A stretch of 64,000 nt of DNA. Origin: an uncultured Acidobacteriota bacterium. Its GTDB lineage: Bacteria; Acidobacteriota; Vicinamibacteria; Vicinamibacterales; 2-12-FULL-66-21. Location: positions 30,073 to 94,072 of the forward strand of contig CAWFMC010000009.1 in assembly GCA_963816725.1 (NCBI GenBank), read 5' to 3'. Of the stretch, positions 39,589 to 48,695 are shown one piece after another. Both the position numbers and the translations under genes were made by a program. The notes beneath the pieces are model-generated. The model had not been told where the DNA came from, did no database searches, and saw only the letters and a program-made list of their open reading frames with translations. Position 1 is the first letter of the stretch; the number at the start of each line of letters is the position of its first letter.

Positions 39589-40224
39589 AGGAGCGACGTC
39601 CGCATCGATGCACTGCCTCTCACGTCGAGGTCACGGGTTCGGCGCCGCGCCGCTCGGCTCGGTTGCCGCGCACGCCGGGCAAGCGGCCACTGCGTCGCCT
39701 CGAACCAAGAGCTCGAACTCGCCCTTACACGCGCGGCAGCGACATTCATACAGTGCACGTACGCTCCAACACCTCGGACGTTGTGACCCTCACCAGTAAA
39801 CCGGATTCAGTCGCAGGAAGGCAAGCGGTAGCGCCGCTGATCACGCCCCAGCGTGTTGTAAATGGCCGGAGCAACTAGAGCTGCGCGGCGCGAGCGTGGT
39901 GAAGCCAGACTCGTGATCAAGGCTTGTGCGAAAGCAGCGTCTCCAGTCAGTGTGCGTGCGCCCACATTGATGACGGCCCTGATGTCGCGCAAGATCTTTC
40001 AGACGAACCAACGATGCCGATGAGCAACGGCCCCAAATTCCCCTGAGCGTGGCCGAGGCGCTCCCTCGTCTCCGCGGCAGTCCTCTGCGCGTGCACACAC
40101 CGGTCCGGCAGAGGGACCGGTTTCAGCGACCCGAGGGGCGTGTAGTCCCGATGTGGCGGTATCATGCTCCTTGCCGACGGGCGATAAGGCTGCATCACAC
40201 GCATTTGTCGAGATTGGAGACCGT

Positions 40225-41127
40225 ATGACCACCGTCTTGATCACCGGCGCCAGCACCGGGTTCGGTCGTCACGCCGCAGAGGCATTCGCCCGTCGCGGGT
40301 ATCGGGTGTTTGCGACGATGCGCGACCCGCGGGGCCGAAACGATGAGGCACGGCGGGCGCTGGAGCAGCTCGCCGAGGCCGAGCACCTGCCGCTGGAGGT
40401 CCTGGCGCTCGATGTCACCGATGGTGCATCAGTAGACGACGCCGTCGAGCACGCCATTACCCGCGCCGGCCAACTTGACGTCGTCATCAACAACGCCGGG
40501 ATCGCCGCGCTCGGCGTGACGGAGGCGTTCACCCCAGAACAGTTCGAGGCCATCTTCGATGTGAACGTCTACGGCGTCGTTCGTGTGAATCGAGCGGTGC
40601 TCCCTCATATGCGGCGGCAGCGCAGCGGTCTGCTGATACACGTCAGCTCCGCGGCCGGCCGCGTCACGGCGCCGGCGCTGGCGGCGTACTGTGCGAGCAA
40701 GTACGCGCTGGAGGCACTGGCGGACGCCTACCGCTACGAGCTGCGTCCATTCGGGATCGATTCAGTGCTGGTCGAACCGGGCATCTATCGGACGGGCATT
40801 CACGACCGGATGATGCCGGCCGCCGACGCGGCACGTGTTGCTGAATACGGGATCGCTGGCGACTACGCGGATCGCGTGATGGCGGTCTTCAAGGCAGCGA
40901 CAGCCGCACCCGATGCGCCGGGCAGCGAGGAGGTAACCCCGGTTTTTCTGCGGCTGGCCGAGATGCCCGCCGGATCCCGCCCGTTCAGGACGGTCGTGAG
41001 CGCCCCGATGGAACCATTGCTCGCCGGCCTGAATGCAACCGCGGACGCATTGCGCCCGGTGGTGGCGCAGGTGTTCAACGTCGCGGAGCTGGCCGATGCT
41101 TCGCACCCCGAATCGGCAGGACGATAG
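40225..41127 (+). CDS. SDR family oxidoreductase
   Basis: MTTVLITGASTGFGRHAA (TGxxxGxG), NNAG, and YCASKYALE (YxxxK). Confidence 0.85.
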   Translation: MTTVLITGASTGFGRHAAEAFARRGYRVFATMRDPRGRNDEARRALEQLAEAEHLPLEVLALDVTDGASVDDAVEHAITRAGQLDVVINNAGIAALGVTEAFTPEQFEAIFDVNVYGVVRVNRAVLPHMRRQRSGLLIHVSSAAGRVTAPALAAYCASKYALEALADAYRYELRPFGIDSVLVEPGIYRTGIHDRMMPAADAARVAEYGIAGDYADRVMAVFKAATAAPDAPGSEEVTPVFLRLAEMPAGSRPFRTVVSAPMEPLLAGLNATADALRPVVAQVFNVAELADASHPESAGR

Positions 41128-41398
41128 CGCGGGCTGAGGCGTGTCGCGCATCCTAGCGATGATGCGGCGGCGGCGAGCGATGAGGTCCTTCTGCACAGAT
41201 GGCGATGAGCGACCGAACCGGTTCGTAGCGAACTCATTGACCCGCGCGACTTCCAGGAGGTGCCGGCAACGCGGCACTTTCGACGCCCAGCGCTACATGC
41301 ACTGTGTCCGGGCACGAAAGGCGCGATTCGGTTGGTGGACGGCGCGGTTCAGGGTTTGACGGCGAGCAGATACTGTGTTGCGAGGACGATCGCGATCG

Positions 41399-42766
41399 TC
41401 AAAACGCGAGGACGGTCTGCAACATCGGCACCCAGCCGGTCATTCCCGCGGTGTAAGGAGTAAACGCTCCGCTGTACGGGGCGCGATTGATCTTGAACAG
41501 CTCGGCGTTGAGCCACAGCCGCTCGGTCGGAAGGAAATGCCACTTGACCCCACCGCCATACTCGTGGGAGTCGCCGAACTGCCCGCGCACCCATGAGCCG
41601 CGGCCATAGACCATCACTGTTTTTGGTTGGATGAATTGAGCCACGGTGAGCTCCGCGCCGTGATCCAGTGTGGATGAGAGCGGAAGGGGACCATCGGCCT
41701 GGAAGTCGTCCAGCCAGCGCACGAAGTATTGCCCATTGACTGCCAGCCCGTTCCATTTGACGCCGCCGTCGACCGCCCACATTCGGTAGGTTGCCACATC
41801 GACGGTCACACCCGGCGCAAACGCGCCGGTGGAAAAGGTCAGCACGCCGTCAGAGTTGTAGAGTGACGTGTTCTCGGGACTGGATTGATCGAGATTCGAG
41901 AAACGGTCCTCCCGGGATCTCGTAAACGCGGTACCGAACCGGGTGCGAACCTTGTTCGAGGCGAAATAGTCGTCGTACATGTTGCGTGATTTGCCGGGTT
42001 CCCCGTACGCTCCCGACGGCTCCCACCAGACACTGCCCGACAACGCCAGATGCGTATCAATCTTGTTCGCCGAGATGCTCAGCGTGTTGAGCCCGTTGCC
42101 GACGAATGTCAGATAGTTCAACCCCTTCCCGAGCTCGCCGTTCGCCCACACGCCCTGGGTAAATCCCGGGCGGAAGAAGTTGTCAGCCATGCTCCGATCA
42201 GTGGATGTAAAGAACGGAAACGTATTGACCAGCGATCGGCTGCCCGGTACCCCGGTGTAACCTGCGGTGAGCGTGAGGGCCTTGTTGAACTGCCAGCCGA
42301 TATTGCTGGCGACGACGATCGACGCCGCGCCGGCGGACGTCCAGACCGTGAAGCTGTATCGCGCCCTCTGGTCGAACACGTAGCCGCCCAGAATGAACAT
42401 CGCGCGATTGACGGTGATGTCGTTGCGCGTGTGCACGTCCCGGCTCGCGCCGAGATGGTCCGTGTACGTCTCGTCGCTGTCCTGGGTGTTGAGATACCGC
42501 AGCTGAGTATTGATGTTGAACTTCAGCAGAAACGGCACCGACGCGCCGCTACCAGTTTCCCAGATGACCATGCCATCTCGGTAACGCTCGGTGCTGGTCT
42601 GTGGTGCGGCAGCGGAGGCTGTCTGTCCGGATGCTGCGCCGGAGTCCGTCGCCGCCGGCGGCGCGTTCGGGTCAGGTCCGGGAGCTTGTGCGGAGACGGA
42701 ACTCGTGACGAACGTCAGCGCCAATGCGATCGAAAGTACGGGGGTTGCGACACTCACCAAGGCCAC
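41399..42766 (-). CDS. outer-membrane beta-barrel porin (OprO/P-like suspected)
   Basis: Signal peptide MALVSVATPVLSIALALTFVTSSVSAQA, alternating beta-strand pattern, C-terminal ...MLQTVLAF. Confidence 0.7.
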   Translation of the reverse strand: MALVSVATPVLSIALALTFVTSSVSAQAPGPDPNAPPAATDSGAASGQTASAAAPQTSTERYRDGMVIWETGSGASVPFLLKFNINTQLRYLNTQDSDETYTDHLGASRDVHTRNDITVNRAMFILGGYVFDQRARYSFTVWTSAGAASIVVASNIGWQFNKALTLTAGYTGVPGSRSLVNTFPFFTSTDRSMADNFFRPGFTQGVWANGELGKGLNYLTFVGNGLNTLSISANKIDTHLALSGSVWWEPSGAYGEPGKSRNMYDDYFASNKVRTRFGTAFTRSREDRFSNLDQSSPENTSLYNSDGVLTFSTGAFAPGVTVDVATYRMWAVDGGVKWNGLAVNGQYFVRWLDDFQADGPLPLSSTLDHGAELTVAQFIQPKTVMVYGRGSWVRGQFGDSHEYGGGVKWHFLPTERLWLNAELFKINRAPYSGAFTPYTAGMTGWVPMLQTVLAF

Positions 42767-42809
42767 TGAACACTCCTGTCATTTGGCGAGTGACCGCCGG
42801 AGGAAACGA

Positions 42810-42857
42810 CGAGCCCCTCAGACAACTCTCCCGAAGGAGGGTTGAACGAGGGGCTCG
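42810..42857 (-). terminator. nested hairpin between serine dehydratase and porin genes
   Basis: 10-bp perfect stem cgagcccctc/gaggggctcg (42810-42819 / 42848-42857). It encloses an inner CTCC-TTCG-GGAG tetraloop hairpin and starts 6 nt after the stop at 42863. Confidence 0.45.
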
Positions 42858-42862
42858 GTCGA

Positions 42863-44545
42863 TCAGCAGAGCACGACGGACAGGGCGAGGCCAGCCTCGC
42901 TGGTCTCCTTGTACTTGCTGTTCATGTCTTTGGCGGTCTGAGAAAGCGCCATCACCGTGGCGTCGAAATCGACGCGGTGCCTGGACGCGATCTCGTTGCT
43001 GGCAATCGCGTAGGCGGTCCACGCCTTGACGGCGCCGAACGCACATCGCTCGATGCACGGAACCTGCACGTAGCCCGCGACTGGATCGCAGGTCATGCCC
43101 AGGTGATGCTCCAGCGCCGATTCGGCCGCATTCTCGACCACGCGCGCCGGGGCGTCGTACACCGTCGCGGTCAGGGCCGCCGCCATGGACGACGCCACGC
43201 CGATTTCTGCCTGGCAGCCGCCTTCGGCTGCCGACAGTGTCGCATGGTGCTTGCACAGGTAGCCGATGCCCAACGCCGCGAGCATGCCCTCACGGACCTT
43301 TTGCCGCGGGACCTTCCGGACCTCCATGAGCGCATAGACCAGCGCCGGCATCACGCCGGCGGACCCGCCGGTCGGCGCCGTGATCACGAGGTGGCCGCGC
43401 CCGTTTTCCTCGGACGCCGCGATCGCAAACGCCGAGAGCGTGCCGATGCCGCGGTCCGATTCAAACTTGTCGTCCATGGCGCGCTTGTAGACCGTCGCGG
43501 CCTTGCTGTGCAGCTTGATCGGCCCCGGCAGCACGTCGTCTTCCGGCATCGACAGCCCGGACTTCACCGTCGCGACCATCGCGTTGATGATCTTGTCGAT
43601 GAAGGCGTAGACCTCCTCTTCGCTCTTGCCCGAGATCGACACCTCGTTGGCCAGGATGATCTTGCCAATCGTGGTCTTGTTGGTGTCCGCGTGCTCCCGC
43701 AGCTCCTTCATGGTGGCGAAGGGGTATTTCGGCGCGTTCTTCTTCGGCGGGGTATACCCCTTCCACTCGATGAATCCGCCGCCCACCGAGTAGTACTCCT
43801 GCTCGAGCAACACCTGGTCGCCGGCGAGGAGCTTGACCGTCATCGTGTTCGGGTGCTTGAAGTCCCCCTTGGTGGCGTCGTAGATGACGTCCTTGAGGCT
43901 CACGTCGATGGACTTGTCGCCGAGCTTTACCGGGAACACCTGATCGGGCTTATCGCGCAGGCTGTCAAGGAACTTCGGGTCGACGGTGGCCGGCTCTTTC
44001 CCGACCAGGCCGGCGAGCGCGGCGCGCTCCGTGCCGTGTCCCTTGCCGGTGGCGCTGAGGCTGCCGAACAAGTTCACCTGCAGCTTCGTCGCGGTGGCCA
44101 GCTTGTCGGCCGGCAGTTTGGTCGCGCGCTGGTAGAAGTCGTAGGTGATGCGCATCGGACCAATCGTGTGTGAGCTCGACGGCCCCGGGCCCACCTTGTA
44201 GAACTCGTCGGCGGTGGTCAGGACCGGCCCCTTTTCCTGCATCACCACATACAAGTCCGGAGAGAGCGGCGGCGCCGACGGCGTTGCCGACGCCGCTTGC
44301 GCGGGCGGCACGGTTTCGGCGGCCTTGGCGGTTTTCTCTGCGGGAGATGGAGAGCACCCGGTCATCACGGCGGCCGCACCACCCACTGCGGTTCGCATCA
44401 GGAAACCCCGGCGGTCCACGCCCTGCGGAATCTCGTGTGCGATCAATGGGCGAGTGTCGGCGAACGGATCCTCCTGAGAGGCTTGACGGGATCGTGCTGT
44501 CGGCCGAGCCGCGCCGACAGGTTTTTCAGTTTCGTTCCTGGACAT
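42863..44545 (-). CDS. sdaA: iron-sulfur L-serine ammonia-lyase with N-terminal Tat/lipoprotein-type signal extension
   Basis: Full-length single-chain SdaA core (FYKVGPGPSSSHTIGPMR, ITAPTGGSAGVMPA, SAAEGGCQAEIG, CDPVAGYVQVPCIERCA). It is preceded by ~110 aa containing DRRGFLMRTAVGGAAAVMTGC. ATG 44545 or GTG 44419 are possible starts. Confidence 0.9.
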   Translation of the reverse strand: MSRNETEKPVGAARPTARSRQASQEDPFADTRPLIAHEIPQGVDRRGFLMRTAVGGAAAVMTGCSPSPAEKTAKAAETVPPAQAASATPSAPPLSPDLYVVMQEKGPVLTTADEFYKVGPGPSSSHTIGPMRITYDFYQRATKLPADKLATATKLQVNLFGSLSATGKGHGTERAALAGLVGKEPATVDPKFLDSLRDKPDQVFPVKLGDKSIDVSLKDVIYDATKGDFKHPNTMTVKLLAGDQVLLEQEYYSVGGGFIEWKGYTPPKKNAPKYPFATMKELREHADTNKTTIGKIILANEVSISGKSEEEVYAFIDKIINAMVATVKSGLSMPEDDVLPGPIKLHSKAATVYKRAMDDKFESDRGIGTLSAFAIAASEENGRGHLVITAPTGGSAGVMPALVYALMEVRKVPRQKVREGMLAALGIGYLCKHHATLSAAEGGCQAEIGVASSMAAALTATVYDAPARVVENAAESALEHHLGMTCDPVAGYVQVPCIERCAFGAVKAWTAYAIASNEIASRHRVDFDATVMALSQTAKDMNSKYKETSEAGLALSVVLC

Positions 44546-45513
44546 GGTCCACCTGCTCCCTCTCATCGAGACTCAATTGCGCGGGGCCCTGTGCCCTCCA
44601 CCGCAAGGCCGACTTTCCTGGTCGTCGAAATGGTCGCCCGCTTATCGATGTGCAGACGCCACCATTCGCTGGCGGGACGCACAGCCGGTGAAGCACGCTG
44701 CATCCCGAATGCCACAGCAATCGGGCCAGCAAATCCTGCCGGTTTTCGTCCGCGCCCCTCGGCGCCGTCCGGATATCCGGAGCCGCTCCGAAATGTCGGG
44801 CATGCCCGGTGCGGTCGCACGCCGGCAGGCCGACGGCGCTCTTTCCCGCTCAGACCGCCCGCGACGTAACCGTGGTGACGGTGGGGCTGATTCACATGGC
44901 AAGCGAAGGTCGCGCAGGGTTGACGGAGCGCTGCGCGGGCCAGGGATGATCCAGCAGCCAGGAGAAAATCATCGCGCACGCGGACACTCGGATCGTGCCG
45001 GAACGTCACGGCAGCGTGCTCGGGGCCCCTCCCGGCTGTCAGCCGGACGTGTCGGCACCTCATGGCAGTCCCGGAAGGGACGGCGACCAACTCACAAGAG
45101 AGCCGGGACCGGGTAGAGCACGCGCTGCCACGCCCCTGACGTCGTGTTGGCCGCGAGCTTCCAGACGCCACGCGACGTCGCCGCGTAGACGTTGCCGCTG
45201 CCGTTGAAGGGAAGCTTGCCGACGAACGAACTTTCCAGCTCGCCGTCGCCGCCGACGCGATCAGCGGTCGTGAAGCGCGCCGCCACCCGCCTCGACGAGG
45301 GACGTCAACGTGCAGCCGGCTAACGCCACACCTCGGCCACCGGCAGCGGAGCCGCATCACGACCGCATCCGCGCAGAGTCTCCGCTTCCTTGCGCGCGGC
45401 ACGAGTCGTGGCCGCGGCCTTGATCGTTGACTTTACGTTGGCTGCCCGGCATTCCGCTACTGCCGCATGTTCGTCGCCGGGTGGACTCTAACGAAGTCCC
45501 GTCCCCGCAGTGT

Positions 45514-46227
45514 TCAGTAGCGGATCGCGGAACGGCGCCTCACCCGTCGTGCCGCGATGCCCGCGAGCGCCGTCGCTCCGAGCAGAATCGTGAGTGGTTC
45601 GGGAACAGCCCGAATGTTGTCCACTCCGACGGATCCGACCACCGACACCGGTTCACCCGCGGCCGGCGCGTGAATAATCCGCATGATGGTGACGTTGGAC
45701 ATCAGGGTGGTGTTGCTGCCGAGCAGCGTCGTCAGCGCTGCAGGGCTCACGTCGAATCCCACATGCGTCCACCCACTGCCCACGGGCAGCAACGCGCCAA
45801 ACGTCGTCACGGCCTCATCTGCCGGTGGTGCTAGGAGTGGATCCTCGAACAACAGTCGGATGGTCAGCGCAGTCGAGCCCAGATTGATGAGATCCATGTC
45901 GATGCGCGTGACGCCCGCCGCAAGGTAGTCTCCGGCCCACTGCGCGGGATTCATCGCGACGAGCCGGCAACCGGGGCGATCGCACCCACCAATGGCGGTC
46001 AGCGCCATGTACGCGTCGCCGGCTCCGCCCGGTCCGCCGCTTGAAATTCGCGTGGGACCTACGGGAGGCACGCCTCCGCCCGGCCCAAGGCTTGTGGTCC
46101 AGTTCTGCAGGCCGCCGTTGAACGTATCGGTGAGGCCGATGGTGACCGCGTCGGCGCGGGTGGCACCCAGAAAAATGCCAGTCGCGAGCAACAAGGCCGT
46201 GCGCGTGAGTCCTGCCGTCAGTGTCAT
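45514..46227 (-). CDS. PEP-CTERM sorting-domain protein
   Basis: GGGAG precedes ATG 46227. Signal peptide MTLTAGLTRTALLLATGIFLGATRADA. C-terminal VPEPLTILLGATALAGIAARRVRRR. Confidence 0.75.
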   Translation of the reverse strand: MTLTAGLTRTALLLATGIFLGATRADAVTIGLTDTFNGGLQNWTTSLGPGGGVPPVGPTRISSGGPGGAGDAYMALTAIGGCDRPGCRLVAMNPAQWAGDYLAAGVTRIDMDLINLGSTALTIRLLFEDPLLAPPADEAVTTFGALLPVGSGWTHVGFDVSPAALTTLLGSNTTLMSNVTIMRIIHAPAAGEPVSVVGSVGVDNIRAVPEPLTILLGATALAGIAARRVRRRSAIRY

Positions 46228-46577
46228 GTAAGCTCCCAGTGCTGAACCGCGTCCACCGGCAGATACTGTGCCATATCTGGGCTTCCTGAAGTGCGGTATC
46301 TCGAATTGCCGGACAGAATTTGTAGTCCGCGGCGAGGCCTTTTGTCGGTGTTCTCTGCGACACGGTGGAACGGCCGACGAGAGTTGGTGGTGTCGTCCGC
46401 AGTGCGGATGCACGCAAGTCGTGGAAGCGATCACTCACGGTCTCGCACCGCGCTCTGTCCTGCGGCCGTCCACACAGCAGCGGCAGCGCTTGTGGCGAGG
46501 GCAGGGCGAGCATGGGTCCGAGAGCGCTCCGCCCCGTCGGACGGGGCAATCATGTGCGCCGGCCTTGGCGGGAGGCT

Positions 46578-47249
46578 TCAGGAGCTGATGAGGACGCCCT
46601 TCCGCACGTATGTCGGGTCGTCGATTTGGTTCAGCAAGAAATCGGCGACGTCGGCGCGAGCAATGCGAGGAAACCCGCTGAGCGGCAGGCGTTCGCCCAC
46701 GCGGCAGTGGCCAGTCGCCGGGCCGTCAACCAATCCGGTGGGGTAGACGAGTGTCCAGTCGAGGGCGCTGGCGCGGAGCGCCGTCTCGCCCAGTTCCTTG
46801 TCGCGGTAGATGTTCTGCAGCAGCACACCAATGAGCATGCGCGGTCCGAGCGGCACATCGCGACGCGTCGCCCCGACGCCAAATGCCGAGGTGAAGATGA
46901 GCCGGTGAACGCCTTCGTGCTCCATCGCCCGCAGAATGCGGGGCAGGCTGCGACTGATCAGCCCGCCCGACCTCAACGATCGCCCGACACCCAGCGTGCT
47001 GATGACCGCCGACTGACCGCGAACTGCCTCGGCGAGCACGTGACTGTCGTCCGTGACGCTACCAACGAGTACTCGCACGCGATCGTCCCGGATCGTCAAC
47101 CGTTGCGGCGCACGGACCAGCGCTGTGACCTCGTAACCCTGTTGCACGGCGCGCGCGATGACCTGCTGGCCGGTTCCCCCGGTTGCGCCCAGGACCAGAA
47201 TCTTTCGTCGTGACGGCAGCGCGGTCATCCCGCCGGTCGCGGCGATCAT
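46578..47249 (-). CDS. NAD(P)H-binding (NmrA/BVR-B-like atypical SDR) oxidoreductase
   Basis: KILVLGATGGTGQQVIARAVQQGYEVTALVR. ATG 47249 overlaps the upstream stop (ATGA). ATG 47228 is an alternative start. Confidence 0.8.
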   Translation of the reverse strand: MIAATGGMTALPSRRKILVLGATGGTGQQVIARAVQQGYEVTALVRAPQRLTIRDDRVRVLVGSVTDDSHVLAEAVRGQSAVISTLGVGRSLRSGGLISRSLPRILRAMEHEGVHRLIFTSAFGVGATRRDVPLGPRMLIGVLLQNIYRDKELGETALRASALDWTLVYPTGLVDGPATGHCRVGERLPLSGFPRIARADVADFLLNQIDDPTYVRKGVLISS

Positions 47250-47710
47250 GGCCGCTCCGAGGACGGCCTGGGGGGCAACGGACCGACAGCCGCGACCTGA
47301 CGGCGAACCGCGGAGTCGACGTTGCCGCCCCCTTCCTGGACCGGCTCGAGATAGAAGCGCGCCCAGGTCAGGAGATCGTTGGCCACCCCGAAAATCACCA
47401 CCCCGCGCATCACGTGTGCCGAGCCGTCGCGCCGCGTGCCGCGGTGCTCCCACTCGCTCCAGACCTCGCTGCCGTCGACGGCCCACCGCAGCACGGTGGC
47501 CGTGAGGTCAGGGATGGCCGTGAAGATCTGTTCCCAATTGCGCCTGACCTGCTCCCGCCCCGTGAAGCTGCGCTCAGGGTGCGCAGGCGTGTCGTTCCGG
47601 TAGTCAGCCGCGAAGCACGCGACCACTGCGTTCACATCATGCGCACCGGCCGCGCGTTCAAGCCGCATAAGCACGCCGGATGGGCCATCGGGTCGATCGG
47701 AGTCTTCCAT
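47246..47710 (-). CDS. NTF2-like (SnoaL-type) protein
   Basis: DVNAVVACFAADYRNDTPAHPERSFTGREQVRRNWEQIF ... GVVIFGVANDLLTWARFYLEPV. Start is ATG 47710 (GTG 47719 in the track). Confidence 0.7.
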   Translation of the reverse strand: MEDSDRPDGPSGVLMRLERAAGAHDVNAVVACFAADYRNDTPAHPERSFTGREQVRRNWEQIFTAIPDLTATVLRWAVDGSEVWSEWEHRGTRRDGSAHVMRGVVIFGVANDLLTWARFYLEPVQEGGGNVDSAVRRQVAAVGPLPPRPSSERP

Positions 47711-47726
47711 AACAGTCACCCCAATA

Positions 47727-47750
47727 TTGATACAGTCAGACTGTAATCAA
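47727..47750. promoter_or_regulatory. candidate TetR operator (palindrome) in divergent intergenic region
   Basis: TTGATACAGTC-A-GACTGTAATCAA, with a perfect core TACAGTCAGACTGTA at 47731-47745. It lies in an AT-rich 47-bp spacer between the 47719(-) and 47767(+) starts. Confidence 0.55.
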
Positions 47751-47766
47751 ATGTATACTGTGCTTC

Positions 47767-48408
47767 GTGAATGCGAAAGTCAAGCGCACGCGGCGGTACG
47801 ACTCGGCGCGCCGGCAGGAAGCGGCGCGCCTGCGGCGGTCGGCAGTCGTCGAGGCGGCGGGGCACCTCTTTCTGCGAGACGGATTTGCCGCGACCACCAT
47901 CGCGATGATTGCTGCGGACGGGGGCGTGTCTGAAGAGACGGTGTACAAGGCGTTTGGCAACAAGATCGCGCTCCTGCGGGCGGTCCGTGCCCAGGCGCTT
48001 GCTGGCTCGGCGCCGGAGCACGCCGAGCATCGATCCGACCGGATGCAAGCGCGTGAGAAGGACCCGAGGGCGATCGTCCACGGATGGGCGAGACTGGCGG
48101 TGGAGGTCGCGCCGAGAGTGGCTCCCGTGCTCTTGCTGGTGCGTGACGCCGCCGCAACCGATCCGGAACTGGCGGACTTGCAGGCGGAGATGGACGTGCA
48201 CCGCTTGACGCGCATGACGCACAACGCGCGCTCGCTGGCGAAGGGTCGACATCTGCGATCGGGCATCACGGTCGCTGCCGCGGCCGATGTGTTGTGGACC
48301 TATAGCTCGCCCGAGCTCTACGAGCTGCTCGTCGTCCGGAGGGGATGGTCCGTCGAACGGTATGGACGCTTCATCGCCGACGGGATGATCGCGGCGCTGC
48401 TGGCCTGA
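47767..48408 (+). CDS. TetR/AcrR family transcriptional regulator
   Basis: N-terminal HTH SAVVEAAGHLFLRDGFAATTIAMIAADGGVSEETVYKAFGNK. GTG start. Confidence 0.85.
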   Translation: MNAKVKRTRRYDSARRQEAARLRRSAVVEAAGHLFLRDGFAATTIAMIAADGGVSEETVYKAFGNKIALLRAVRAQALAGSAPEHAEHRSDRMQAREKDPRAIVHGWARLAVEVAPRVAPVLLLVRDAAATDPELADLQAEMDVHRLTRMTHNARSLAKGRHLRSGITVAAAADVLWTYSSPELYELLVVRRGWSVERYGRFIADGMIAALLA

Positions 48409-48695
48409 GGCAGTCGACGAGACCGTAAGTTGAACATCTGCGATGCGGCTGGTCCTGCCCAATGCTTGGTGGGATAGCGCGCTCGACTCCAGGTCACGGG
48501 CCGTCTTGACGCCGGTCAGTCGAACAGGCGACGTACCGGCGCTATCCACGCGCTCACGCCGACCCTGGCGGTGGGTTGTTGGCGTGACCACGCGCGAACC
48601 GTCCGGAGCGGCCGCGACATCGCTCGCCCGGACTTGCGCCGCTCGGCGCGGGTGCCGCCGAATCGCGACACCACCCGACACGTGTGCGTCCTGCT

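Noticed and set aside
39589-40224. A 636-bp gap between the PQQ dehydrogenase and SDR genes, examined for tRNA, sRNA or a decayed gene.
   Set aside because: No T-loop or anticodon-arm pattern, no convincing protein-like frame and no repeats. It is left unannotated.
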